Source: Antedon mediterranea (Eukaryota > Animalia > Echinodermata). Taken from it: 64,000 bases of DNA. Under the pieces are notes generated by a model. It searched no databases. It saw only the letters and a program-made list of their open reading frames with translations, and was not told the DNA's origin. Location of the stretch: positions 21,589,237 through 21,653,236 of the forward strand of contig NC_092672.1 in NCBI RefSeq assembly GCF_964355755.1. The letters are read 5' to 3'. Shown here piece after piece: positions 27,238 through 39,592 of this stretch. The stretch's first letter is position 1. The number at the start of each line of letters is the position of its first letter. The translations under genes were made by a program, and so were the position numbers.

Positions 27238-27533
27238 TTTTAAATGCATTATAGCTACTCATATGTTGATTGCATTCTTAACCCTCTTTCACATTGACTA
27301 TTCTTATTATTTTAAATGCATTATGGCTACTCATACATGCTGATTACCTTCTTAACCCTCTTTCACATTGACTATTCTTATTATTTTAAATGCATTATGG
27401 CTACTCATACATGCTGATTGCCTTCTTAACCCTCTTTCACATTGACTATTCTTTTTATTTTAAATGCATTATGGCTACTCATACATGCTGATTGCCTTTT
27501 TAACCCTCTTTCACATTGACTATTCTTTTTATT
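27238..27533. repeat. 74-bp minisatellite, ~4 copies
   Basis: Unit ttttaaatgcattatggctactcatacatgctgatt…gactattcttatta. Confidence 0.9.
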
Positions 27534-29189
27534 GTACAAGTTACTAAATTTTTAAGTTTACTTAATTCACTTACCACAACCTTCATCAATAACCACCTTG
27601 ACAAATTTCAATATAAATTTACCTCCTGGTTCATCTTGTTTTTCATCACTGTTTTATGTATGTTTACGTTTTTTCCCCTTGTACTCTATACGCACAAACA
27701 TACTTTGCCTATTATATTATTCTTAATGTATATATAGTATAAGCCCATGGAGTAATTTATAATTCTTCCGTAAGCTTCCTAATTACATGTAAAGATAATA
27801 ACATCGTCACATTTTGTATCTTATTTGTTTTGGGTATTTCAGTTATAAACGGCTACTACTGTAGGAAACATTTTTTTGTACTGTACAGTAATTATTAATT
27901 TAAATAATAATATTTATTATTTGCATATCTACGGACGTACCATCAATTTCAAAATTCTTTTCAATTCAGTATGTTCTAGCAATACTTTCGAATTTGTAAA
28001 TAATGTGTACTTGCTTTTTTAACTTCAGATTATGGACGATATACCTAAAGTGTATTTAAAATATACAGTAGTGTAAAATATTCTGTATTTATTTTTGTTA
28101 CAATGAAAGTTACTGATCGTAAACATTCATGCATAGCCTACTTTAAACATAGAAAATGAGATTTCAATTGCAACTCTTGCATTTTTAAGTTTAACTACGT
28201 CAACCTTGAAATCTGTTCATCTGTAGGGCTCACACAAAGACGGGTGCTGATGCTAGTAATTTATATGATCAGATCATTTGATATCTGCTGCTTTAAAGTA
28301 AAGTTTGATTTTATGTGATCACATCATTTCCCTATTATCATTTGATTTATAATTTTAGTTGTAATTTTGTTGTCGTCGTTGTGGTTTATATTTGTGAAAC
28401 TGAACAAGATGAACAGATTAAAGAATAAAACATCTTACAATGTTTCTATGTTGTGCAGTGAAAATAAACTCTTTCAGTGCAATATTATAGAAACTATTTT
28501 TATCAAGAAAGAGACCATACAAATACAAATGTTGTTTTATCCTAATGTCTAATACCAACCTTCATTCAAAATCAATTATTTTTTTAGGTAAATCAAGATC
28601 AAATATAGTTCTGACTTGTTAATGGTCACATGACAGTATAGTTTATTGGACTTGCCAGTGATAATGACAAAATATTTATTATTTTGGTCTACTATTACAG
28701 TAACACAATTTTTATTAATTAATGATATAACATATCAGTGCAATGTCCACTATGTATTTTAAAAAATCAACAAATATATTTATATATTGTTTTTTTATAT
28801 TGGAACTGAGAAAGGCATTATATTCCTGATCTAAAATTATTTTCACTTTGGGATATTTTTGTAAATTACAACTTTCATAAAAAAATATCATTAAAAAAAA
28901 GACAACATTGTATGTCCGAACATAGTATAAATATGCACATGGTATAAATATATAATTTGTAAAATGCATCAGAGGTCGTACATTTACAAAATAAAAAGAA
29001 AAAAAGGAATTTACATATTTATTTTTATACAGAGGTAAGTGAGTGGCACTTATAGCCTTAGTCAGTGTAACTATGTTATTTTTCTGCTATAAATGAGTTA
29101 GGAATAAAATTGTTATGTGACAGAATACCAATGTAACATTTTTTCTTTAATCAGTATTTTAAAACCTGATGATTATAATCTCTTTCCAG

Positions 29190-29300
29190 GATGGAGACAC
29201 TCCACTACATGCACATCTGGCTAATACATTTAAGGATCCTACATTAGAAATGGTGACCTGTCTCATAAATAAGGGGGCATCGGTGACATCACAAAATAAG
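29190..29300 (+). CDS. Roco-like gene, ankyrin-repeat exon copy A (DGDTPLHAHLANTFKDPTLEMVTCLINKGASVTSQNK), phase 0-0
   Basis: 111 bp between ttccag| and |gtaata; GxTPLH ankyrin motif. Confidence 0.9.
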
Positions 29301-32300
29301 GTAATATATATACAGACAATTTTCAGTAATACTGTATGCAACAATCGTTCACCTACTCTAGTATATTATTCTATTCTTTTTTTTTCTTTTTTTATATCTG
29401 GTTCATCATAATTAATAATAATGATAATTATTATTAAATTGTGTGATTTTTGGTAGACCTATTTAAAAAACCATTCCTTCAAAGATGACAATATCTACTA
29501 TCACAGCGATTTTAAACTGATAGGAAGATTGTGGGTTGTATAATTTATGCTGAGATTGGACCTATCGGATATTTTGACGACATGAAGTAATGGCAGTGGG
29601 TAGAGGGAATGTGCCCGGCTTCATATAAGTTATTTAATAAGGGCGTTTATTCCTATAACCTAGCTATGCTTCATTATTAAACTCTGTAGCCATCTGTATT
29701 TCAATACTGATCTACACATGCGCACAGCTCGAATCTGAATTAAATGAAAGAAAGAATATTTTCCATAATTTGTTATCCAATGAACCATATCTTTTTTTAA
29801 CTTTGCTAGATTTTGTCCCAATTCAATCTGTTTCATAAGTAAATGTTATTTTTTGAACAGATGTCAGGATTATTCTCAATGTGTAATTCAATCTAGAAAT
29901 TGACATTGAAATCTAAATCATTCAGTTAAATAACTTATAAAGAGCAGACCTCCCAACTATGCTGATAATTGGCAAAAGCAATTTTGAATATACTGATATT
30001 AAGAATGTAGATAAGAAGAAAAAAAAATATGCTAAATTATATATCCGCACAACGTTTGTAATAAATTCATGTATTGTTTAATAATTAAAATATTTGTATT
30101 TTCCGCCATTTGGCATACCCATATTTACTATTATAAATACCAAAACCTTTACATTTTTAGTAGCGCCCTTTATGGTCTAATGTATTTTTCAAAATATTAT
30201 GGCGCCCTGTATAGTTTGGACATTATTTCATAAAACCTCCCAATGTCTCATTTACTTTCCTTAGTTACACATAGAAATGGTTGCTAAGGTAACACTATAG
30301 GTAAAATATGAAAATTGTTGAGAATTGTTATCTTGTAAATTTTGATAAAACATTAATAGTTGTAGTAAAGTGGGGACCTGTCCTGTTTTGCATTCTGACC
30401 CCTTTTGACCTCAAATGACCTATTTACAAGGTCAGATTTTTTGGGAGGTCTTTCTGTATCCCTTTACACAAAATAGATTTTAAAATTTATAAAAACCATT
30501 GACGCAATTATTTCCAAGTTTAACATTATTTTCCATCAACTAAATATTTCAATGCAAAATACTGTTTTTCTGGCAATTAATTGAAATAAACCTGGCAACA
30601 CATTCTCCTATTTTATCTAAACTATTCGTATGACTCTAGTAGCATTATGACAAGCCACATATACATTTTATTATTGGATTATAGCCATATTTAAATTGTG
30701 TTTCATGTGTTTTGTTAGTTGATATTTTGTTATATTTTTTGTATTTTTCGTATTTTCCTGGCAACACAAAACCTATGTACAAAATTTACCCCAGTGTTTT
30801 TTTCGTGATTATTGTTGACAAACCTATTGACTATCAAATTAAAAAACCTCATTGATTTAAAAACACCACTTTGGAAGTTATAGGTACGTTTATGAGGTAT
30901 ACTTTTATAAAAAAAATATTTTTTAAAAACACCCCTTTTTAAAATAATGGTATCAACCAAACTCCATTTTGTAATTTATTTTTTTTCTACATTAAATGGA
31001 ACTCAATACATGTTGTTTACACTGCTATAAACAAAAACTGTATACTGTAAGTATTTTTGGTTCAAATAAGTATACAAAGTTTGTACTTTTTCACTATAGA
31101 AAATCTGTGAAAAATGGCAAAAACATCAAAATTTGGATAATTGACCATTGCCATGGCAACGGAGGCTAAAAAATAAAATGAATGTTGTAGATATGCTTTT
31201 TATTGAAATGTCTATTCATGGTAAAAATTTGAGAGAAATCCATTTTTTTACATCTGCCACCAAATCTTTGATTTTTACAGACAATGGCTCTTAAAGTTTA
31301 GTTAGCAAAGTTCAAAAGGATGAATTAAAACACCTAATAAAAACCTTAAAAAGAGCCTACAAGGATGCTTGTTTTTCTTGTCTTACCATTATTGAATAAA
31401 TGTTATTAAATTGAAATTAAATTGAATTGAATTCACAACCACCACATATTTAATATACATTAATGACAAAATATGATGTTTTAATTAAGTTTAACTAAAA
31501 ATGAAAAACTACAATGTGTATTCCATGCGTACTGTACATCCATTTTTTATTGTTGCAAAGTTTCAAAATGACGCAATGAACTTTACTCCGTCCGTTGGAT
31601 TGAATGTTAAATTGACCAAATATAAGTCCTGATAATGAACAGAACAGAGTATGCTCATAAGCATGCACAGATTAAAATTTTGTGTAGATTACCGTATCCT
31701 TTCATTTACCGTCCCCTTTGTCTACCCTCCTGTCATCATAAAGTCACTAGTAGGTTATATTGTAAATTAACAGCACACTACGTGCAACAGCTAATACAGT
31801 AGTACTAATCATTGTCTGTATTTTCATTTTTGTTGTAAATGTATAGTCAACAGAGACCTCTTAGAATCAGGCTTCTGAGTCATGTCAGTCATACATTCTA
31901 CTCATTCACCCTTTACCAAAAATTTGGGATTTTTAAAATGTCTTTCTTTCCATCATATATATTCATTTAGGACTGACAATTTCATTCTTATAGTTTCATT
32001 CTACTGTAAAACAATAATACTCTCTTTGTCATTACATTCAGCCTCTTACATTAACATTCAAATTAATTCAGAATAAATACATTTGAATGATGAAGCCTAA
32101 AAAAACAAAAAACAGAATAACTAAAATACAAATAAATTGGTATATTTCTATACTATTGTACCTTATAACACAAGAATCTCCTGTTCGTCCGAAGCGTGTA
32201 ACAATTTCGAAAGGCATTGTGAGATAGAATAGAGCTAATGGGTGGCGCCATTGTGAGCCATGGAGTAGCGCGCCCTCATCAAATTAGAAAGTCAAAATCA

Positions 32301-34132
32301 TAGAGGGGATCTGCTAATACTATAGGGGGATAGAGTAATTGACTGAGCCCTCTATAGGAATTAATAGTTTTGACTTCCTAGTTTGGAGGGGGAGCTGCTC
32401 CATGCTGTGAAATGGCTTCGCCCAGTTTGACTTTTTAACCCTGTACATCTAGTACTACTATAAGTTCTTTGCTTTGATGGAGATGATGATACATAAAACT
32501 GTTATAAAGCCTACCAAACATACAGTGCTAGTTGAGGGTGATTATTTGCTTTTTTGTTAAAAGTAAATAATAGTCAACCAGAAATAAAACTTGGTTTACT
32601 AAAAACTAAGCTTTGGTTGTCAACACAATGTAGGCGCTACGCAAGCGAGTTGACCAATAACAAGCAACAGTTTGGATAATCCATCACATTGTGATTGGTC
32701 AATTTGCTTGATTTAATTTCCAAAAAAATTGGATAGACTACAGACAAATGGACAGACTAAATTTTGGGACAAACAAACTTATTACATGCAAGTATTACTC
32801 AGTAATCACCTCTGTAGTCCCATGGGTACTCTTTTAAATAGTTATTGATTACAGTGCCTTAAAATGTTCTTTAAATAATAATTGTGTAAATTGATTTGAC
32901 CAGGACCTTACCATGCCAAACCATATCAATACTTTGAGTTACAATTGTAGATAATATATTGATATTCATTTGTAGCTATACACTAGGCTTCATTATCTTA
33001 AGGTTATTAGAGTGTGCGTAACAGCAGTATGATCATACACACTATCATGACAACTACTGTATTACAGTACTTATGATGTACACAGCCTATTTAATACTTA
33101 GTTGAAATGCCATTATTAGACATTTTTAATCATTGATTTATTTAGAGAACTTAATAAAACTTCACCAGAAGTTATAGAATGGTCATATCAGTTGTATTCT
33201 GATTGTTTATACTACTATAACAATATATGTTCACATTTTGTAGTAATACACTACCAACATGTATAGATAGTATTTACAATACCCATCTGAATAATTATAC
33301 TACACCTTAATCTGAATACCTTATCCAACCTGAATACAGTATTTATACAGCGAATACTGTTTCGTAGTTTCATTCCATAAAACCATAATTTAACATCAAA
33401 TAAATAGTCATAACATTAAATCTTCTTTATTTTAATAGATTCATCTCTTTGTTTTCTTTTGAAAAAGATTTTAATATACACTCCAAAAATAAACATCTAC
33501 CCTGTATGTGATGATACACATGGGGTCAAATCATTTTTCTATTCGACCTATTCGCTATCCGTCGCTAGGACAGAATAATCTGGATTTTTTTTCTTTTACA
33601 TAATCCAAGTTAATCAACTACCACACTTTATTTCAAAAGATAACATTTTTTAGCATAATTATTTTTTCTGTAAAATGGCTGCATAATATAGTTATCCACA
33701 CCTTGGCGGATAACTCCTTGTGATTGTATAAAATCATCATCAACTTTTTTTACCTGTATTATTCTTCTTTCATTCAATATTTCATAACTTCGTAAAGTTG
33801 TGCACCTACTATTTTTTTTAAACGTCAGAGTTGCGCAACATGACTTTCGTGCGATTTTATGAATTTGAATGATTGTCAAATGTCATTTTGTATTGACACT
33901 TTTTTAATTTAAGTCATATCAAGAGTCAACTTTCTATGGATTAAAAATGGCATGTTTCACAAAGTTACGCGCACAAGATTTCTTACAACCAACACCTGCA
34001 CTTGCTGTAACTTAATGCGTATTCTCAGTTTGTGAACTTAATTCTCTTGAATTTTTCATTATTTAAGCCTTAAAATAATTGAAAAGTCAATTAAACCATA
34101 TCAACTTTTTTTTAATGACTTACTGATTTTGA

Positions 34133-34797
34133 TTTTAAATGCATTATGGCTACTCATATGTTGATTGCATTCTTAACCCTCTTTCACATTGACTATTCTT
34201 ATTATTTTAAATGCATTATGGCTACTCATACATGCTGATTACCTTCTTAACCCTCTTTCACATTGACTATTCTTATTATTTTAAATGAATTATGGCTACT
34301 CATACATGCTGATTACCTTCTTAACCCTCTTTCACATTGACTATTCTTATTATTTTAAATGCATTATGGCTACTCATACATGCTGATTGCCTTCTTAACC
34401 CTCTTTCACATTGACTATTCTTATTATTTTAAATGAATTATGGCTACTCATACATGCTGATTGCCTTCTTAACCTTCTTTCACATTGACTATTCTTATTA
34501 TTTTAAATGCATTATGGCTACTCATACATGCTGATTACCTTCTTAACCCTCTTTCACATTGACTATTCTTATTATTTTAAATGAATTATGGCTACTCATA
34601 CATGCTGATTGCCTTCTTAACCCTCTTTCACATTGACTATTCTTATTATTTTAAATGAATTATGGCTACTCATACATGCTGATTGCCTTCTTAACCCTCT
34701 TTTACATTGACTATTCTTATTATTTTAAATGCATTATGGCTACTCATACATGCTGATTGCCTTCTTAACCCTCTTTCACATTGACTATTCTTTTTAT
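34133..34797. repeat. Same 74-bp minisatellite, ~9 copies
   Basis: Unit spacing 34501 to 34575. Confidence 0.9.
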
Positions 34798-35753
34798 TGT
34801 ACAAGTTACTTAATGTTTTAGTTTACTTAATTCACTTCCCACAACCTTAATCAATAATCACCTTTACAAATTTCAATATAAATTTACCTCCTGGTTCATC
34901 TTGTTTTTCATCACTGTTTTATGTATGTTTACGTTTTTTCCCCTTGTACTCTATACGCACAAACATACTTTGCCTATTATATTATTCTTAATGTATATAT
35001 ACAGGGTAGTATAAGCCCATGGAGTAATTTATAATTCTTCCGTAAGCTTCCTAATTACATGTAAAGATAATAACAGCGTCACATTTTGTATCTTATTTGT
35101 TTTGTGTATTTCAGTTATAAACGGCTACTACTGTAGGAAACATTTTTTTGTACTGTACGGTAATTACTAATTTAAATAATATTTATTATTTGCATATCTA
35201 CGGACGTACCATCATTTTCAAAATTCTTTTCAATTGAATATGTTCTATGAATACTTTTGAATTCATAAATAAAGTGTACTTGCTTTTTGAACTTCAGATT
35301 AAGGACGATATACCTAAAGTGTATTTAAAATATACAGTAGTGTAAAATATTCTGTATTTATTTTTGTTACAGTGAATGTTACTGACCGCAAACATTCATG
35401 CATAGCCTACTTATAATAAGCATTTAGCCTACCAGAAGTATATGTTGAACTTTCTTTCAATCCTTTGTATATCAGTGGATTTAAAACATAGAAAATGAGA
35501 CTTCAATTGCAACTCTTGCATATAAGTAACTACGTCAACGTCGGTGAGGTTGAAATCTGTTTGTCAGTGGGTCTCACAACCAGCAAAGATGGGTACTGAT
35601 GCTAGTAATTTATATGATCAGATCATTTGATATCTGCTGCTTTAAAGTACAGTTTGATTTTATGTGATCACATCATTTCTCTATTATCATTCGATTTATA
35701 ATTTTAGTTGTAATTTTGTTATTGTCGTCGTTGTGGTTTATATTTGTGAAACT

Positions 35754-36143
35754 AAACAAGATGAACGGATTAAAGAATAAAACATCTTACAATGTTTCTA
35801 TGTTGTGCAGTCAAGATAAACAAGATGAACGGATTAAAGAATAAAACATCTTACAATGTTTCTATGTTGTGCAGTGAAGATAAACAAGATGAACGGATTA
35901 AAGAATAAAACATCTTACAATGTTTCTATGTTGTGCAGTGAAGATAAACAAGATGAACGGATTAAAGAATAAAACATCTTACAATGTGTCTATGTTGTGC
36001 AGTGAAAATAAACAAGATGAACGGATTAAATAAAGAATAAAACATCTTACAATGTTTCTATGTTGTGCAGTCAAGATAAACAAGATGAACGGATTAAAGA
36101 ATAAAACATCTTACAATGTTTCTATGTTGTGCAGTGAATATAA
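35754..36143. repeat. 64-bp minisatellite, 6 copies (single copy at ~28402 in unit 1)
   Basis: Unit aaacaagatgaacggattaaagaataaaacatcttacaatgtttctatgttgtgcagtgaagat. Confidence 0.9.
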
Positions 36144-37059
36144 ACTCTTTTCAGTTCAATATTATAGAAAGTATTTTTATCAAGAAAGAGACCATGCCCG
36201 GCTTTAAATAGAGATGCGGTTGTGTCGGGGATAGAGAAAGAACTTTCCATAATGTATGAAGCTCATCTGAAAACACTGTTTTCATCAAGATCAAACATGC
36301 ATAAGTTAGAACTCAGAATTAGAATGCTCAGGATATTAATGAGTATCACTGAAATATTTATTAATAAATACAAATGTTGTTGAATTGTGTTATCTTAATG
36401 TCTACTACCAACCTTCATTCAAAATCAATTATTTTTTTTAGTTAGATCAAGATCAAATATAGTTCTGACTTGTTAATGGTCACATGACAGTATAGTTTAT
36501 TGGACTTGCAAGTGATAATGACAAAATATTTATTATTTTGGTCTACTATTACAGTAACACTTTTTATCAATTAATGATACTGTATAACATATCAGTGCAA
36601 CGTCCACTTTTGTATTAAAAAAAATAATAAACATATATATATATATTGTTCATTTTTTGGGGTTTTTTTAAATTGGAACTGAGAAAGGCATATATTCCTG
36701 ATCTAAAATTATTTTCACTTTGGGATATTTTTGTTAATTACAACTTTCATAAAAAAATATCATTAAAAAAAAGACAACATTGTATGTCTGAACATAGTAT
36801 AAATATGCACATGGTATAAATATATAATTTGTAAAATGCATCAGAGGTCGTACATTTACAAAATAAAAAGAAAAAAAGGAATTTACATATTTATTTTTAT
36901 ACAGAGGTAAGTGAGTGGCACTAGCCTTAGTCAGTGTAACTCTTTTTTTTTCTGCTATAAATGAGTTAGGAATAAAATTGTCATGTGACAGAATACCAAT
37001 GTATTACATTTTTTCTTTAATCAGTATTTTAAAACCTGATGATTATAATCTCTTTCCAG

Positions 37060-37170
37060 GATGGAAACACTCCACTACATGCACATCTGGCTCATAGATA
37101 TAAGAATCCTACATTAGAAATGGTGACCTGTCTCATAAATAAGGGGGCATCGGTGACATCACAAAATAAG
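37060..37170 (+). CDS. Roco-like gene, ankyrin-repeat exon copy B (DGNTPLHAHLAHRYKNPTLEMVTCLINKGASVTSQNK), phase 0-0
   Basis: 111 bp with intact AG/GT sites; duplicate of 29190..29300. Confidence 0.9.
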
Positions 37171-37436
37171 GTAATATATATACAGACAATTTTCAGTAAT
37201 ACTGCATGGCAACAATCTTTCACCTACTCTAGTAAATTATTCTATTCTTTTTTTTTCTTTTTTTATATCTGGTTCATCATATAATTAATAATAATGATAA
37301 TTATTATTAAATTGTGTGATTTTTGGTAGACCTATTTAAAAAACCATTCCTTCAAAGATGACAATATCTACTATCACAGCGATTTTAAACTGATAGGAAG
37401 ATTGTGGGTTGTATAATTTATGCTGAGATTGGACCT

Positions 37437-39502
37437 TGTTGAACCCACAAATGTGAAAACGCCCACAAATGTGAAAACAACCACAAATGTGAAAACGCAT
37501 CACCCACAAATGTGAAAACAACCACAAATGTGAAAACGCATCACCCACAAATGTGAAAACAACCACAAATGTGAAAACGCATCAACCACAAATGTGAAAA
37601 CAGCGCCCACAAATGTGAAAACGATCATCGCCCACAAATGTGATAACGCCCACAAATGTAAAAACAAGAGAGACTTTTTCGCCCACAAATGTAAAAAAAA
37701 TCAGATCAAATTTAATGCTAGATTCAGACAAACATTATATCATGATTGTATTGAGTTGTTTGCTCACGATACGTCTGTTAGGGTCGTCGTTAACACGTTG
37801 GATTATTATAATTTGCTGCTCATGCGCGCGATATTTGCACGTTAACTCGTTTGTTTAATGAACGTAATAGTTCAAGACAATATTTGTTATTTGCTGCGGG
37901 CGTGCACCATACTTCAAGGTCAAGGCCATGTTATATCATTGTTGCTTCTACTGTGTGGTTGTTGGCTTACTATTATGTACGTATAGTTATAAGTCGATGT
38001 TCAATATTTTTTTTTTGCGCGCACACGATACAACAAGGTCAAGGTTAAATTGCTACTTGTAGTGTTGTGTTATTAACTCGTTGGCTTTACTGTTATGTAC
38101 GTATAGTTCCAAGTCGATGCTCGATTCGATGTTTTTGGGCGAGCACACGATACCACAAGGTCAAGGTCATATATACTATTGCTACTTGTGGTTGTTAACT
38201 CGTTGGCTTATTGTTATGTACGTATAGTTCCAAGTCGATGGTCGATTCGATTTTTTTTTGTGCGCGTGCACGATACTACAAGGTCATATATCATTGCTGC
38301 TTGAAGTGCAGTTGGGCTTACTATATTGGTATTATGTACGTATTATAGCTCCAAGTCGATGCTCGGTGTACACGATACTACAAGATCAATGCTATACTCG
38401 TCGTTCAGTTATTGCAGTAGTTCCTAATGTTCAATTTTTTTACAAAACTATAACCACAAGATAATAATACAAGAGCTAGAGCAAGAACAACTAATACAAG
38501 AATATTTCTTTATTTTAGAGCGATAAACAAATTGTAACATAGAATAATACTGTAACACCAATATCCAACCAAACATAATACACGATACGATAGTATCAAA
38601 CTTGTCACGAACATGTATTCTATAAAACATACTATGAAATCTATAACAATTATACTAATGGACAAAACTTCCTACTATACTACTATTTACATTCGTGGTT
38701 TAATCTGATGCTTATTGTTTAATTTGTATATCTATTTTTAGCGGATAATTATAAAGATATACGGAGAATAATATTACCTATTGAATGCATCGACTTGGAA
38801 CTATACGTACATAACAGTAAGCCAACGAGTTAATAACCACACACTACATACAAGTAGCAATTTAACCTTGACCTTTTAGTATCGTGTGCGCGCGCAAAAA
38901 ACATCGAACATCGACTTATAACTATACGTACATAATAGTAAGCCAACAACCACACAGTAGAAGCAACAATGATATAACATGGCCTTGACCTTGAAGTATC
39001 GTGCACGCGCGCAGCAAATAACAAATATCGTCTTGAACTATTACGTTCATTAAACAAACGAGTTAACGTGCAAATATCGCGCGCATGAGCAGCAAATTAT
39101 AATAATCCAACGCGTTAACCACGACCCTAACAGACGTATCGTGAACAAACAATTATTGAAACAACTCAATACAATCATGACATAATGTAGTACCTCGATC
39201 AAAATTGTTTGAGTCTAGCATTAAATTTGATCTGATTTTTTTTTTACATTTGTGGCCGAAAAATTCTCATTTTTTTTTACATTTGTGGGCGTTATCACAT
39301 TTGTGGGCGATGATCGTTTTCACATTTGTGGGCGCTGTTTATTACATTTGTGGTTGATGCGTTTTCACATTTGTGGTTGTTTTCACATTTGTGGGTGATG
39401 CGTTTTCACATTTGTGGTTGTTTTCACATTTGTGGGTGATGCGTTTTCACATTTGTGGTTGTTTTCACATTTGTGGGCGTTTTTACATTTGTGGGTTCAA
39501 CA
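37437..39502. mobile_element. Ginger2/TDD-like non-autonomous foldback element, 2066 bp
   Basis: TGTTGAACCC…GGGTTCAACA ends; 5-bp TSD GACCT; ~700 bp TIRs with cacaaatgtgaaaac repeats; empty site at ~29559 in unit 1. The superfamily call rests on termini only. Confidence 0.8.
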
Positions 39503-39592
39503 GACCTATCGGATATTTTGACGACATTGTTTAATAATTAGGTGATCATTTAGAATAAAATGATCACCTATTGTTATTGTATCAAATCTTTA

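Larger units (their letters stand above)
23364..30251 (+). repeat. Tandem segmental duplication, unit 1 (~6.9 kb)
   Basis: Sequence from ttactttccttagttacac recurs at 30252; duplicated ORFs in the track. Confidence 0.95.

Noticed and set aside
37440-37700. cacaaatgtgaaaac repeats with short variable gaps resemble a CRISPR array
   Set aside because: The gaps are only a few nucleotides and recur, the array is mirrored at 39245-39500 as part of a TIR, there are no cas genes, and the context is eukaryotic.
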